Below are positions 1 through 11,700 of a stretch of DNA of 64,000 nt, one piece after another. The position numbers were made by a program, and so were the translations under genes. A model generated the notes under the pieces. The model saw nothing but the letters and a program-made list of their open reading frames with translations, was not told the DNA's origin and made no database searches. This DNA comes from the human T2T-CHM13v2.0 reference genome, Homo sapiens. The first letter of the stretch is position 1; each line of letters begins with the position of its first letter. Location: NCBI RefSeq assembly GCF_009914755.1, contig NC_060934.1; one strand, 5' to 3'.

Positions 1-508
1 CAGTTCCTGGATATCCTTGTTAACTTTCTGTCTTGTTGATATGTCTAATGTTGACAGTGGGTGTTAAAGTCACCCATTATTATTGTGTGGGAGTCTAAGT
101 CTCTTAGACTTGTAGGTCTCTAAGGACCTGCTTTATGAATCTGAGTGCTCCTGTGTTGGGTGCATATATATTTAGGAAAGTTAGTTCTTGTTGAATTGAT
201 CCCTTTACCATTATGTAATGGCCTTGTCTCTTTTGATCTTTGTTGGTTTAAAGTCTGTTTTATCAGAGACTAGGATTGCAACCCCTGCTTTTTTTGTTTG
301 TTTGTTTTCTGTTTGCTTGGTAGATCTTCCTCCATCCCTTTATTTTGAGTCTATGTGTGTCTCTGCATGTGAGATGGGCCTCCTGAATACAGCACACTGA
401 TGGGTCTTGACTCTTTATCCAATTTGCCAGTCTGTGTCTTTTAATTGGAGAATTTAGCCTATTTACCTTTGAGGTTAATATTGTTATATGTGAATTTGAT
501 CCTGTCAT
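1..508 (-). pseudogene. Disrupted L1 ORF2p endonuclease N-terminus
   Basis: MTGSNSHITILT...CCIQEAHLTCRDTHRLKIKGWRKIYQAN, then a frameshift. Confidence 0.93.
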
Positions 509-571
509 TATGATGTTAGCTGGTTATTTTGCTTGTTAGTTGATGCAGTTTCTTCCTAACATCGATGGTCT

Positions 572-1591
572 TTACAATTTGGCATGTTTTTGCAGTGGCT
601 GGTACCGGTTGTTCCTTTCCTTGTCTAGTGCTTCCTTCAGGAGCTCTTGTAAGGCAGGTCTGGTGGTGACAAAATCTCTTAGCATTTGCTTGTCTGCCAA
701 AGATTTTATTTCTCCTTCACTTATGAAGCTTAGTTTGGCTAGATATGAAATTCTGGGTTGAAAATTCTTTTCTTTAAGAATGTTGAATATTGGCCCCCAC
801 TCTCTTCTGGCTTGCAGAGTTTCTGACGAGAGATCCACTGTTAGTCTGATGGGCTTCCCTTTGTGGGTAACCTGACCTTTCTCTCTGGCTGCCCTTAATA
901 TTTTTTCCTTCATTTCAACTTTGGCGAATCTGACAATTATGTGTCTTGGAGTTGCTCTTCCCGAGGAGTATCTTTGTGGTGTTCTCTGTATTTCCTGAAT
1001 TTGAATGTTGGCCTACCTTGCTAGGTTGGGGAAGTTCTCCTGGATAATATCCTGCAGAGTGTTTTCCAACTTGGTTCCCTTCTCCCTGTCACTTTCAGGT
1101 ACACCAATCAGACGTAGATTTGGTCTTTTCATAGTCCCATATTTTTTAGAGGCTTTGTTCATTTCTTTTTACTTTTTTTTCTCTCAACTTCTCTTCTTGC
1201 TTCCTTTCATTCATTTGATCTTCAATCACTGACACCCTTTCCTCCACTTGATCGAATCGGCTACTGAAGCTTGTTCATGTGTCACATAGCTCTTGTGCCA
1301 TGGTTTTCAGCTCCATAGGTCATTTAAGGTCTTCTCTATGTTGTTTATTCTAGTTAGCCATTTGTCTTATCTTTTTTCAAGGTTTTTAGCTTCTTTGCAA
1401 TGAATTCAAACATCCTCCTTTAGCCTGGAGAAGTTTGTTATTACCGATCGTCTGAAGCCTTCTGTCAACTCGTCAAAGTCATTCTCCATCCAGCTTTTTC
1501 CCATCGCTGGTGAGGAGCTGCATTCCTTTGGAGGAGAGTAGGCGCTCTGATTTTTAGAAGTTTCAGCTTTTCTGCTCTGGTTTCTTCCCAT
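572..1591 (-). pseudogene. Disrupted L1 ORF1p
   Basis: MGRNQSRKAETSKNQS... (1406-1591) and ...KEKILRAAREKGQVTHKGKPIRLT...LQKHAKL (572-913), broken by stops/frameshifts. Confidence 0.93.
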
Positions 1592-2049
1592 CTTTGTGGT
1601 TTTATTTACCTTTGGTCTTTGATGATGGTGACGTACAGATGGAGTTTTGGTATGGATGTCCTTTCTGTTTGTTAGTTTTCCTTCTAACAGTCAGGACCCT
1701 CAGCTGCAGGTCTGTTGGAGTTTATTGGAGGTCCACTCCAGACCCTGTTTGCCTGGGTATCACCAGCGGAGGCTGTAGAACAGCAAATATTGCAGAACAG
1801 CAAATATTGCTGCCTGATCCTTCCTCTGGAAGCTTTGTCTCAGTGGGGCACCCAGTTGTATGAGGTGTCATTCGACCCCTACTGGGAGGTGTCTCCAAGT
1901 TAGGCTACTTGGGGGTCAGGGACCCACTTGAGGAGGCAGTCTGTGCATTCTCAAATCTCAAACTCCATGCTGGGAGAAGTGCTACTCTCTTCAAAGCTGT
2001 CAGACAGGGATGTTTAAGTCTGCAGAAGTTTTGCTGCCTTTTGTTTAGC

Positions 2050-2555
2050 TATGACCTGCCCCCAGAGGTGGAGTCTAGAGGCAGGCAGGCCTCCTTGGGC
2101 TGTGGTGGGCTCCACCCAGTTTAAGCTTCCTGGCCACTTTGTTTACCTACTCAAGCCTCAGCAATAGCGAACGCCCCTTCCCCAGCCTCACTGCCGCCTT
2201 GGAATTCAATCTCAGTCTGCTGTGCTAGCAGTGAGGGAGGCTTTGTGGGCATGGGACCCTCCAAGCCAGGTGCGGGATATAATATCCTGGTGTGCTGTTT
2301 CCTAAGACCGTTGGAAAAGCACAGTATTAGGGTGGGAGTGTCCTGATTTTCCAGGTACCATCTGTCATGGCTTCCTTTGGCTAGGAAAAGGAAATCCCCG
2401 ACCGCTTGCACTTCCTGGCTGAGGCAATGCCCCACCCTGCTTCGGCTCACACTCCGTGGGCTGCACCCACTGTCCAACAAGCCCCAGTGAGATGAACCCG
2501 GTACCTCAGTTGGAAATGCAGAAATCATCCATCTTCTGCATCGGCCATCTTGGAA
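2050..2555. promoter_or_regulatory. L1 5'UTR sense promoter (YY1 site 2542-2552) and antisense promoter region, which would fire on the + strand
   Basis: Homology to the L1PA 5'UTR. The positions of the known antisense donors are present (CCAG|GTGCGG ~2269; CCCG|GTACCT ~2500). Activity is not shown. Confidence 0.55.
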
Positions 2556-4679
2556 GCAGAAGGTAAGATTTTTTAAAATCTCAGATTAAGGTGAGAAATA
2601 ATTGTTCTATGGCATATTTACAAAACAAGTGTTTTGGTACAATATTTTTGTCTTTTTCTGAAGAATGTATGCCTAAAATGGGACAGAATCTTCAGTGAAA
2701 ATATTTTAATAATATATGGTAAGTTAACATATTTCTATTATTGAGGGTAAGGGTAGCCAATGTGCCTTCTAAGAGGAAACTGGCTTGGGGAAGTTGCAAC
2801 CAGTTCAATATCCTCAGCATTTCATAAGCAACATCCAAAATCTTCTTATTCCAAGTGTCATGATTCTAAGCCTTGATATTAGTCACATGTCTTGAGAGAA
2901 AATTGTGTAATTAAAACAATTCCGTTGAAACTTCCCTTTATTTATTTATTGTTGGTAGAAACTACAGGGAGATGTAATATTTTGTATTACTGATTTTTCA
3001 TAGTAGAATTGCAAATACAGGCAAGATATTCATTTTTAAAATATCTTTCAACTCTCAACCAGATATTTCTCTGAATTTGATTATAGTCCATTGGTAGAAT
3101 AAAACTGTAGAAATGTCAGAAATGGTGGGTATCAATAGGGAGAGGTAATAGCAGTTTAGAAAAATTTTATCTCTATGAATTGCAATTGTGTAATTCTATT
3201 TTCAGCTATATTCTGTAGATTTGCCATTCATCTTACTTTGTGCTGCCTACAAGCTCATTGCTTAGAGGAATAAAAACAAAGAAACGTAATGCCTTTTCTT
3301 AAGGTCTCTGAAGCATTTTTTTGGAGAAACTAACAAAAACTATTTTTTTTTCATTTTATGCTTTATAAAAAACACAGGTGATGTATACTTCAATTGCTCT
3401 ATAAATATTGTGCATGCTATTGTCAAGAAAATAATAATTTAACCCATTGAAAGAAAACATATTCAAAAAAATTATCTCAGCTAGATAACTTTTGTTACTC
3501 TTAAGTGTATGCATGATATGGAGTGGAGAGGGAAGACTTGTGGCTATAATACATGTCCAATTTAACATGTATGCAATTGAATTAGCTTTTCACAGAGTGG
3601 GTCTTTATTTGTTTTATAGATAATCCAAGAGACCGTGGTCATTCTTTAGCAGGAACTAATCTTAACTTTAAAAATACTATCTGGACAGTCAACTATATAA
3701 TCTTAAGGGGCTTCTGAAAATTGCTTAAAGTCTGTCCTCAAATTTGCAACTAGCCAAATGCCAATATGAGTTTTTTTTTTTTTTTGCATGAGATAAGGCT
3801 TACACTAAAAAAAAAAAAAAAAAAGCTTGATACCTGAAATTACCATCTAGTAGTATCTTAACCAATCACTTCTCATAAAGAGACATAATACAGAAGTTAA
3901 TCCTAAGGGAGTAATAAAATGCTCATCAAATATTTAATAAATAATTACTAAGCAAACACTTCATTTCAGGCACTACATGAGGTGCTTGAATGAAACTCAG
4001 TATAATTATGAACATAATGTCCCAACCAAGGGAATCTGCTACAGAGAAATGTCTTGTAAAGGCATTAAATTAGAAGTTTTGGAGGACACCAGAGAAAGAA
4101 CTATGGAATTCATCATCTGATTTCCATTTGGTAAATTTTGTGATCAGGCTTAGATGAGTCTACAGATAGAGTTACCCAAAATACAAATAATAAAATTTCA
4201 AGATAGTCTACAGCTGCTGAAATTCATTCACTATTCCAAGAAGAAATGCATCTGCCCTATTCCTTTTCATACAAATATAATTGTAATAAGGTTTGGTGCA
4301 TATTTATAATTTTCCCCTTCATTGCATACTATTTTGAAAGTTTTCTCTTGATCTGGGTCTGGAGGACACAAAAAATCCCAATTTTTACTACATTACCTGT
4401 TTGAATCACAGATCACCTCCCTTTTATAGACCACATCAGTATTCTGCCCAATAAGTTTGGTATTAAGTAATCAGTTTGGCAGAGTCAATGTTTTCAAAGT
4501 TTAGTGCCATGTAAGTGTCTGCTATTTGTGCTTATTTTCTCAAGATATCTCGAAAACACATATGTGTCTTTCGGAGTGCTTAAATAAGAAAAGCATCCCT
4601 TAATACTTGTATATTATGCATGTTTCTATAAGTTACATAATTTCATCCTCCCAACATTTGAAAATATTATTATAAACTT

Positions 4680-5290
4680 AATTTTTTGCTATGGAAAATT
4701 TCATAAAATGAGTAAATATTTGCTTCATCTAGTTCCAACAATTATCAATTCACAGACAACAGGATAACATTGATATTGCCACCAAATCACTTATCATGGA
4801 TCATTTTGAAACAAATACAAATCTTATTTCATTCATAGATATTTTCAGTGTGTACCTTTAAAGACTGTGATGCTTTTGTAATCATAAACACAATGCTTTT
4901 ACCACACCTAAAATAAAAGTTATAATAATTGCTTAACTTTATCAATACCAGTCCATGTTCAAATTTCTCTGAATACCTAATTTATTTCAGTTTGTTTGCA
5001 TCAGGATCCAAATATTGTCCATAAATTTCATTTCATTGGGCTTTTTCTTGCCTTACATATAATATATACATTCTCACCCCTTTATTTTTACTTGCAATTT
5101 ATTTGTTGATGGTTCAAGTAATTTGTCCCATAAAGCTTTCCATAGTCTAGATTTTTCTAAGTACATCTACCACTGTAGTATTTTTCTGCTACTATATGTT
5201 CTGTATATTTGTTTTTAGATGTAAAAACATAAAGTTTTTAAAGGAATACATCATAGGTGTTACTGTATGGTTTCCTGAGGATGCACATTG
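4680..5290 (-). mobile_element. Old L1 3'UTR fragment (L1MC4/5-like)
   Basis: Motifs cattttgaaacaaat..., agtccatgttcaaatttc..., tcaggatccaaat are typical of L1MC 3' ends. Confidence 0.6.
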
Positions 5291-5455
5291 TGAAATAATA
5301 AGAAATAGATATTTTGATCTCTAACATTAGTCCCTAGCATAGAGCTCCTAAACCCTTGTGACTTCCTGGGTTGATAAAATCATCTATGTTCTAATGAGGG
5401 GTCTCTTGGTGGGCTGTCAGATGAAGGCTGGTCACCAGAAAGACTACTATGTCAC
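5289..5455 (+). mobile_element. MER21 (MER21C-like) LTR 5' fragment
   Basis: tgtgaaataataagaaatagatat...agagctcctaaacccttg...tgttctaatgag...ggctggtcaccagaaagac. Confidence 0.75.
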
Positions 5456-5816
5456 AAGGACTAGACATTGGTTATATTCCAATTATATTATTTATTTTTA
5501 AATATAACCCAAAATATTTTATGAAGATACCTCACTCATCAGTTATAGGCTTATATTAAGATATAGTTTATACAAGAAAAGCAAGATAAATGTTTGGCTT
5601 TTTAACCTTTTTCCAGTTGTTAAAAATAGTGAATTTGCCTCCTAACATTATCCAAAGATATTTTATTTATCATCATGAACTATTGCATTTAATCATATTT
5701 GTTGAATTCCAAACCCTTGTAATGGTTGCACTGTAGAAGATGAGTTGGTTGTAGAGGAAGAATGTGGCTAGTAATAGAATCTGCAGGACTTTTAGGTGAC
5801 TCTAGGAGCATGTGAT

Positions 5817-6202
5817 TGCTATGAACTGAATTGTGTCCCCTCAAAATTCATATGTTGAAGCCCTAATCCCCATTGTAACTAAATTTTGAGATAGGGCTTT
5901 TATGAGGTAATTAAGGTTAAATGAAGTTATAAGCGTTGTGTCCTAACCTGATAGGACTGGTGGCCTTATTAGTAAAGGAAGTGATCTCTCCTCACCCAAC
6001 TCTATATGCATGCACTGAGGAAAGGTCATGTGAAAACATATCAGGAAGGCAGCTGTGCAATCCAGGAAGAGAGCCCTCACAAGATACCAAATTTGTTGAC
6101 ACCTTAATCTTGGATTTCAGCCTTCAGAACTGAGATAAATTTCTGATCTTTAAGCTATCCTGACTATGGTATTTTTTATGGCAGCCAGGATCAACAAATA
6201 CA
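5817..6202 (+). mobile_element. MaLR solo LTR, MLT1A/B-like
   Basis: TG...CA termini, MLT1 consensus motifs, and a perfect 5-bp TSD GTGAT (5812-5816 / 6203-6207). Confidence 0.9.
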
Positions 6203-7459
6203 GTGATAGAATAGACAAGATTAAATAGTAGCAACTCTCCATTCATTCTATGAGACATAATATGTTAATTAGGAAGAAAAGTCACTTCGGTACGTGCAGC
6301 CCCTCCGAATGACTTCTTCCCATTCAGAGGGGACTTAGAATATTCTCTGGGTTGTTTCACAATTTCAGGTGCTCAACCATCATCAGTCAGTTCTCATATT
6401 GTCTCTTGGTTTCTGGATTAAGGTTCAATAATTTATTTAAAAAATATTTATTGAACATCACTTATTTTCCAGAGACTGGGCCACTTGTTAAACAGGAAAA
6501 TATGTAGCCTACCCCTTACAGAGAAAAATAATCTGGTTGTTGTTCCTGACTCAATTACATGTATATAATTTTAGTGGCTCTAGCTTTTCAAATACTTTAT
6601 TGCTCAAATTGGAGAGAGGGCATAGAAAAGGGGTAGATTATTGCGGTCTTTTCTTCTACATGTAGCATTAATGGTGGGAGTTCTGGACTACAGTTGCTGC
6701 ATCCTAAATTCCTCTTCTCTCCATGGGGAAAGTCCATGAAACCTCATTTATTTCCTCTTTGAAATTTGCATTGAGATGGGAGTATGCCTAAGAACAAAAA
6801 TACTAAATTACTTATGATTTTTTATTAGAAAATTGGTATTTGAATGATACAGGTACAGCTACTTCCTGTAGCTGTTCAAATAGACTGAGGAAATTCACTA
6901 GTAACATAGAAGCAAATCACTTTTGACTGAATAATATGTTCATTAGACTAAAAGAAATTCAATTCTCAGCACATATTTAGATGAGTGATCAATGTGCATT
7001 TGTAAATTAGTCATCCCTTGTTCTTTCTCTATAAAGACTGAAATCAATTATTGGCTGTGAAAAAAATGGAACTTTCATGAGATTTTTACCTTGGAGGATA
7101 GTGATAGACTGTTAGGTGTTTTAAAATATAAGCATTTGCTTTTATATTCTAATGAATATCTAGAAGTGGTATATTTTCAGCTCTTACTAGCAGAAAAACA
7201 GATCATCAGTTCAAGTTATATGTCATTTTCTGTTTCCAGTGTGTTTATATCCAACAAATGAAAGTAAAATGCTTTAGTGATAGGAAATGCATCTATTTTC
7301 TAATCAGAAAGGTGTGGGAGAGATGAAAGTATTGGCTACTGCTATCTCTGAATGGCTGTTATCATGCCATGATGTGACTATTTAAGTGGGGGAAACATAA
7401 TAAGGAGAAGGAGATAAGCTATGAGTTAGAAGTGGATGAAAAATAGATATGTCACTCAG

Positions 7460-7541
7460 AATGTTTCTCAACATGCTACAAGCATCCAAACAGCAGAATA
7501 AATGTTTCTCAACATCCTACAAGCATCAAAACAGCAGAATA
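7460..7541. repeat. 41-bp tandem duplication (2 copies, 2 mismatches)
   Basis: AATGTTTCTCAACAT(G/C)CTACAAGCATC(C/A)AAACAGCAGAATA x2. Confidence 0.95.
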
Positions 7542-8181
7542 AATACACAGTAAAGAGCCCCAGTATCCCATATGATATGACATTTGACCTTTGCCATTTT
7601 ACTTTTAAAATGGTTCCAATTTGGATAATAAATTATATCAATATAAAATATATACAATAATGTAAAGAGTAATTAGGTATAATTAATTCTAAATTAGCAC
7701 ATCTAAATTTTTCATCTAAAATTTTATTCCCAGGGAAGAAATTACCTTAAGAAAGTATTTGACTTAGTTTTGCCCTCTGACACTGCTATTGTCCTGACTT
7801 TTAATCTTCTGAACATTGAAATCCAAATTGTTGTCTTCTTCCCATATGAAACTCTTATTAAATGTTAAATTCCATCTTTATATTAGGTCAAATATATACC
7901 TTCCTGTAGCTGTATTTCTTAACATTATACTTGGCAAAGAGGATCAGTTCAATTCTGTTCTTCACTCTGTTATAGAATAGATTAGATATAAGCAACTGAG
8001 TAGGACAATAATATTTGATAATGCATATGAAGACTTATCTTGTTAGACAAGGGAGAGGGCCATCTGGGAAACATCCTGCATTTAGATTTCAATGATGCTT
8101 AGTATCCTGGTTATGTTATGACTAGTGATAGAACCCTGTGTAATTTCATTAAACTTTGTTAATGTCCGTTTCCCCATGGGT

Positions 8182-8331
8182 CAAAAAAAGTGAAAAAGAA
8201 AGATCGAGAGAGAGAAAGAAGGAAGGAAGGAGAGAGAGAGAGAGAGAAAAGAAGAGGAAGAGGAGGAGGAGGAAGAAGAAGCAGGAGGAGGAGGAAAGAA
8301 AGAAGGAAGGAAGGAAGGAAGGAAGGAAGGA
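8182..8331. repeat. Polypurine low-complexity tract (GA, GAG, GGAA units)
   Basis: Directly visible. Confidence 0.95.
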
Positions 8332-8794
8332 CTAACTTTTTCCTTATACAGAGTTTTTTTTAAAAAAAAGCAACAAAAGAAATGATTATGTTGCATGGAG
8401 GAGCTTACTAAATTTGTAGCATTTGGAGATGAATCTGCTTCTATCAGTTTTTATTTTATGGACAAGTATATTTAAATCTATTGAAAATTTTAAAACCATC
8501 TTTAATTATGTAATGACCAAGAACATGAGTTGGGCAGAAGAGAAATAGTTATTTGAAATTAAAAAGTCATCATTTCTTATTTCTCCTAATAATGTTCCCA
8601 AAATTCAGAATTAAGGAGCTCAGTGCACTGACTGCTGTGACCCAAGTAGCCTCAGGTCAGTTGATAGAAGCTAGAATTGTCACTAACTCCGGAAGTGCCC
8701 TTTGCCTCAAGAAGAGTGCTAAGAAGTTACTTTTAAAGCCAACATAAATTAAATGGTGTTTTTATACATATATTCCATACTCTTCATTTAAAAA

Positions 8795-11700
8795 AATTAA
8801 TTTTTGTAGGTATATATCAGGTGTATGTATTTACGGGCTACATGAGATGTTTAGATACAGGCATGCAATGCATAATAATCACATTATGAAGAATGGGGTA
8901 TCCATCTCCTCAAGCATTTATCCTTTGTGTTACAAAAAATTCAAATATGCTTTTTTATTTAATTTAAATTGTAAAATTAAGTTATGATTCACTATAGTCA
9001 CTCTGTTCTGCTATCAAATGTAGGTCTTATTCATTCTATCTTTTTGTACTCATTAAACATTCCCACCTTTCACTTAACCTCCCACTTGCCTTCTCAGCCT
9101 CTAGTAACCATCCTTCTACTCCCTATGTCTATGAGTTCAACTGTTTTGAGTTTTAGATTCCACAAATAAGTAAGAACATACGATGTTTGTCTTTCAATGC
9201 CTGGCTTATTTCACTTAACATGGTGATCTCCAGTTCCATTCATGTTTTTGCAAATGACAGGATCTCATTTTTTATGGCTGAATAGTACTCCTATATATAT
9301 TTATATATACACACATATATCACATTTTCTTTATTTATCTGTTGCTGGACATTAAGGTTGCTTCTAAATCTTAGCTATTGTGAATAATGCTACAACAAAC
9401 ATGGGAGTGGAGATATGTCCTGAATATACTGATTTCCTTTGTGCGGGTGGTATATACCCAGCAGTGGGACTACTGAATCATGTGATAACTCCATTTTTAG
9501 TTTTTTGAGGAAACTCCAAACAATTCTCCATAGTGGTTGTACAAATTTACATTCCCATCAACAGTGTATGAGAGTTTCCTTTTCTCTACATTCTTGCCAA
9601 CATTTGTTATTGCCTCTCTTTTGAATATAAGCCATTTTAACTGGGGTGAAATGATATCTCATTGTAATTTTGATTTGCATTTCTCTGATGATCAATGATG
9701 TTGAGCATCTTTCCATAAGCCTATTTGTCATTTGTATGTCTTCTTTTGATAAATGTCTATCTAAATCTTTTGCCTATTTTTCGATTGGGTTATTAGATTT
9801 TTCCCTTTAGAGTTGTTTGAGCTCCTTATATATTCTGGTTATTAATCCCTTGTCAGATGAGTAGTTTGCAAATATTTTCTCTCATTCTGTGGGTTGTTTC
9901 TTCACTTTGTTGATTGTTTCCTTTGCTGTACAGAAGCTTTTTTAACTGATGTGATCTCATTTGTCCATATTTGCTTTGGTTGCCTGTGCTTGTGGTGTAT
10001 TGGTCAAGAAATTTTTGCCCAGACCAATGTCCTGAAGATTTTCTCCAATTGTTTCTTGTAGTAGTTTAATACTTTGAGATCTTAGATTTAACTCCTTAAT
10101 CCAATGTGATTTGACTTTTGTATATTTGAGAGATACTGGTCTTGAAGCTTTACTGAATGTATCAGTTCTAATAATTTTCATGTGGAATCTTAGGTTTTTC
10201 CAAATATAAGATTATATAATCTGCAAACAATGATAATTTGACTTTTTTCATTCCAATTTCGATGCCCTTTCTATCTTTCTCTTCTCTGATTGCTCTAGCT
10301 AGGACTTCTAGTATTATGTTGAAAAACAGTGGTGAAAGTGGACATCCTTGTCGTGTTCCAGGTCTTAGAGGAAAATGTTTCAGTTTCCCCCATTCAGTAT
10401 GATACTAGCTATGGTTCTGTCATATGTGGTTTTAATTATGTTGAGATATGTTCCTTCTATACCGAATGTTTTAGGGTTTTTATCATGAGGGGATGTTGAA
10501 TTTTATCACATGTGTTTTCAGCATCAATTGAAATGATCATGTGGTTTTTGTCCTTAATTCTGTTGATATGATGTATCACATTGATTGATTTGTGTATGTT
10601 GAACAATCCTTGCATCCCAGGGATAAATCCCACTTGGTCATAATGAATGATCTTTTTAATATATTGTTTAATTGTATTTGCTAGTATTTTTTTGAAGATT
10701 TTTGCATCAACATTCATCAGAGATGTTGGCCTGTAGTTTTCTTGACATGTTTTGAGACCTCCCAAAATGCTAAGATTGCAGGTGTCAGCCACCATGCCTG
10801 ACCTAGTTCTTCTTTAAATGTTGATTCAAATCCAGCATTGAAGCCACTAGGTCCCAGGTTTGTCTTTACTGGAGAATTTTTATGGTGGCTTTGATCTCAT
10901 TACTTGTTATTGGTCTGTTTAGGCTTTGCATTTCTTCATGGTTTAATTTTGGTAAGTTGTGCATGTCTAGTGATTTGTCCATTTATTTTAGATTTTCCTA
11001 TTTATTGGCATATAGTTGCTTATAGTAGCCACTAATGATTCTTTGAAGTTTTGAAGTATCAACTATAAAGTCTCCTTTTCCGTTTCTGATTTTATTTATT
11101 TGGATCACTCTTTTTTTTCCTAGTTAGTCTGACTAAAAGCTTGTCAATTTTAACTTTTCAAAAAAAAAAAACAGATTTTTGTTCCATTGATCCTTTGTAT
11201 TAATTTCTTCATTTCAATTTCATTTATTTTGCTCTAACCTTTATTCATTTTCTTCTAATAATATTTAGTTTGGCTTGTTCTTACTTTTCTTTAAGCTGCA
11301 TCATTAGATTGTTTATTGAAGTTTCCCTCTTTTTTGATGTAGGTGCTTATAGCTATAAACTTCCATCTTAGTACTGTTTTTGCTGTATACCATTGTTTTT
11401 GGTATATTGTGTTTCCATTATCATTTGTTTCAAGAAATTTTTCAATTTCCTTCTTAATGTATTTATTGACCCACTGGTTATTCAGGAGCATATTGTTTAC
11501 TTCCCATGTATTTGCATAGTTCCCAAAACTCCTCTTATGATTTATTTCTAGTTTTATTCCATTGTGGTCAGAGAAGATGCTTGACAAAATTTTGAATTTT
11601 TTGAATGTTTTATGACTTGTTTTGTGAAGTAACATATGGTCTATCCTTAAGAATGATCCATGTGCCAAAAAAAGGAATGTGTATTCTGCAGCCATTGAAC

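Larger units (their letters stand above)
1..2560 (-). mobile_element. LINE-1 L1PA (about L1PA5-L1PA7): 5'UTR, ORF1 and start of ORF2; continues beyond the left window edge
   Basis: Minus-strand ORFs give L1 ORF1p and ORF2p peptides. 1592-2555 matches the L1PA 5'UTR and ends in the YY1-site motif GGCCATCTTGG. It retains the 5'UTR segment absent from young L1PA/L1HS. Confidence 0.97.

Noticed and set aside
3771-3825. Poly(T) and poly(A) tracts facing each other (hairpin/terminator-like)
   Set aside because: Mononucleotide runs are common here; no TSD or element body.
6858-6878. 8-bp hairpin ACAGCTAC-ttcct-GTAGCTGT, with a 14-mer echo near 7900
   Set aside because: Short enough to be expected by chance in 64 kb.
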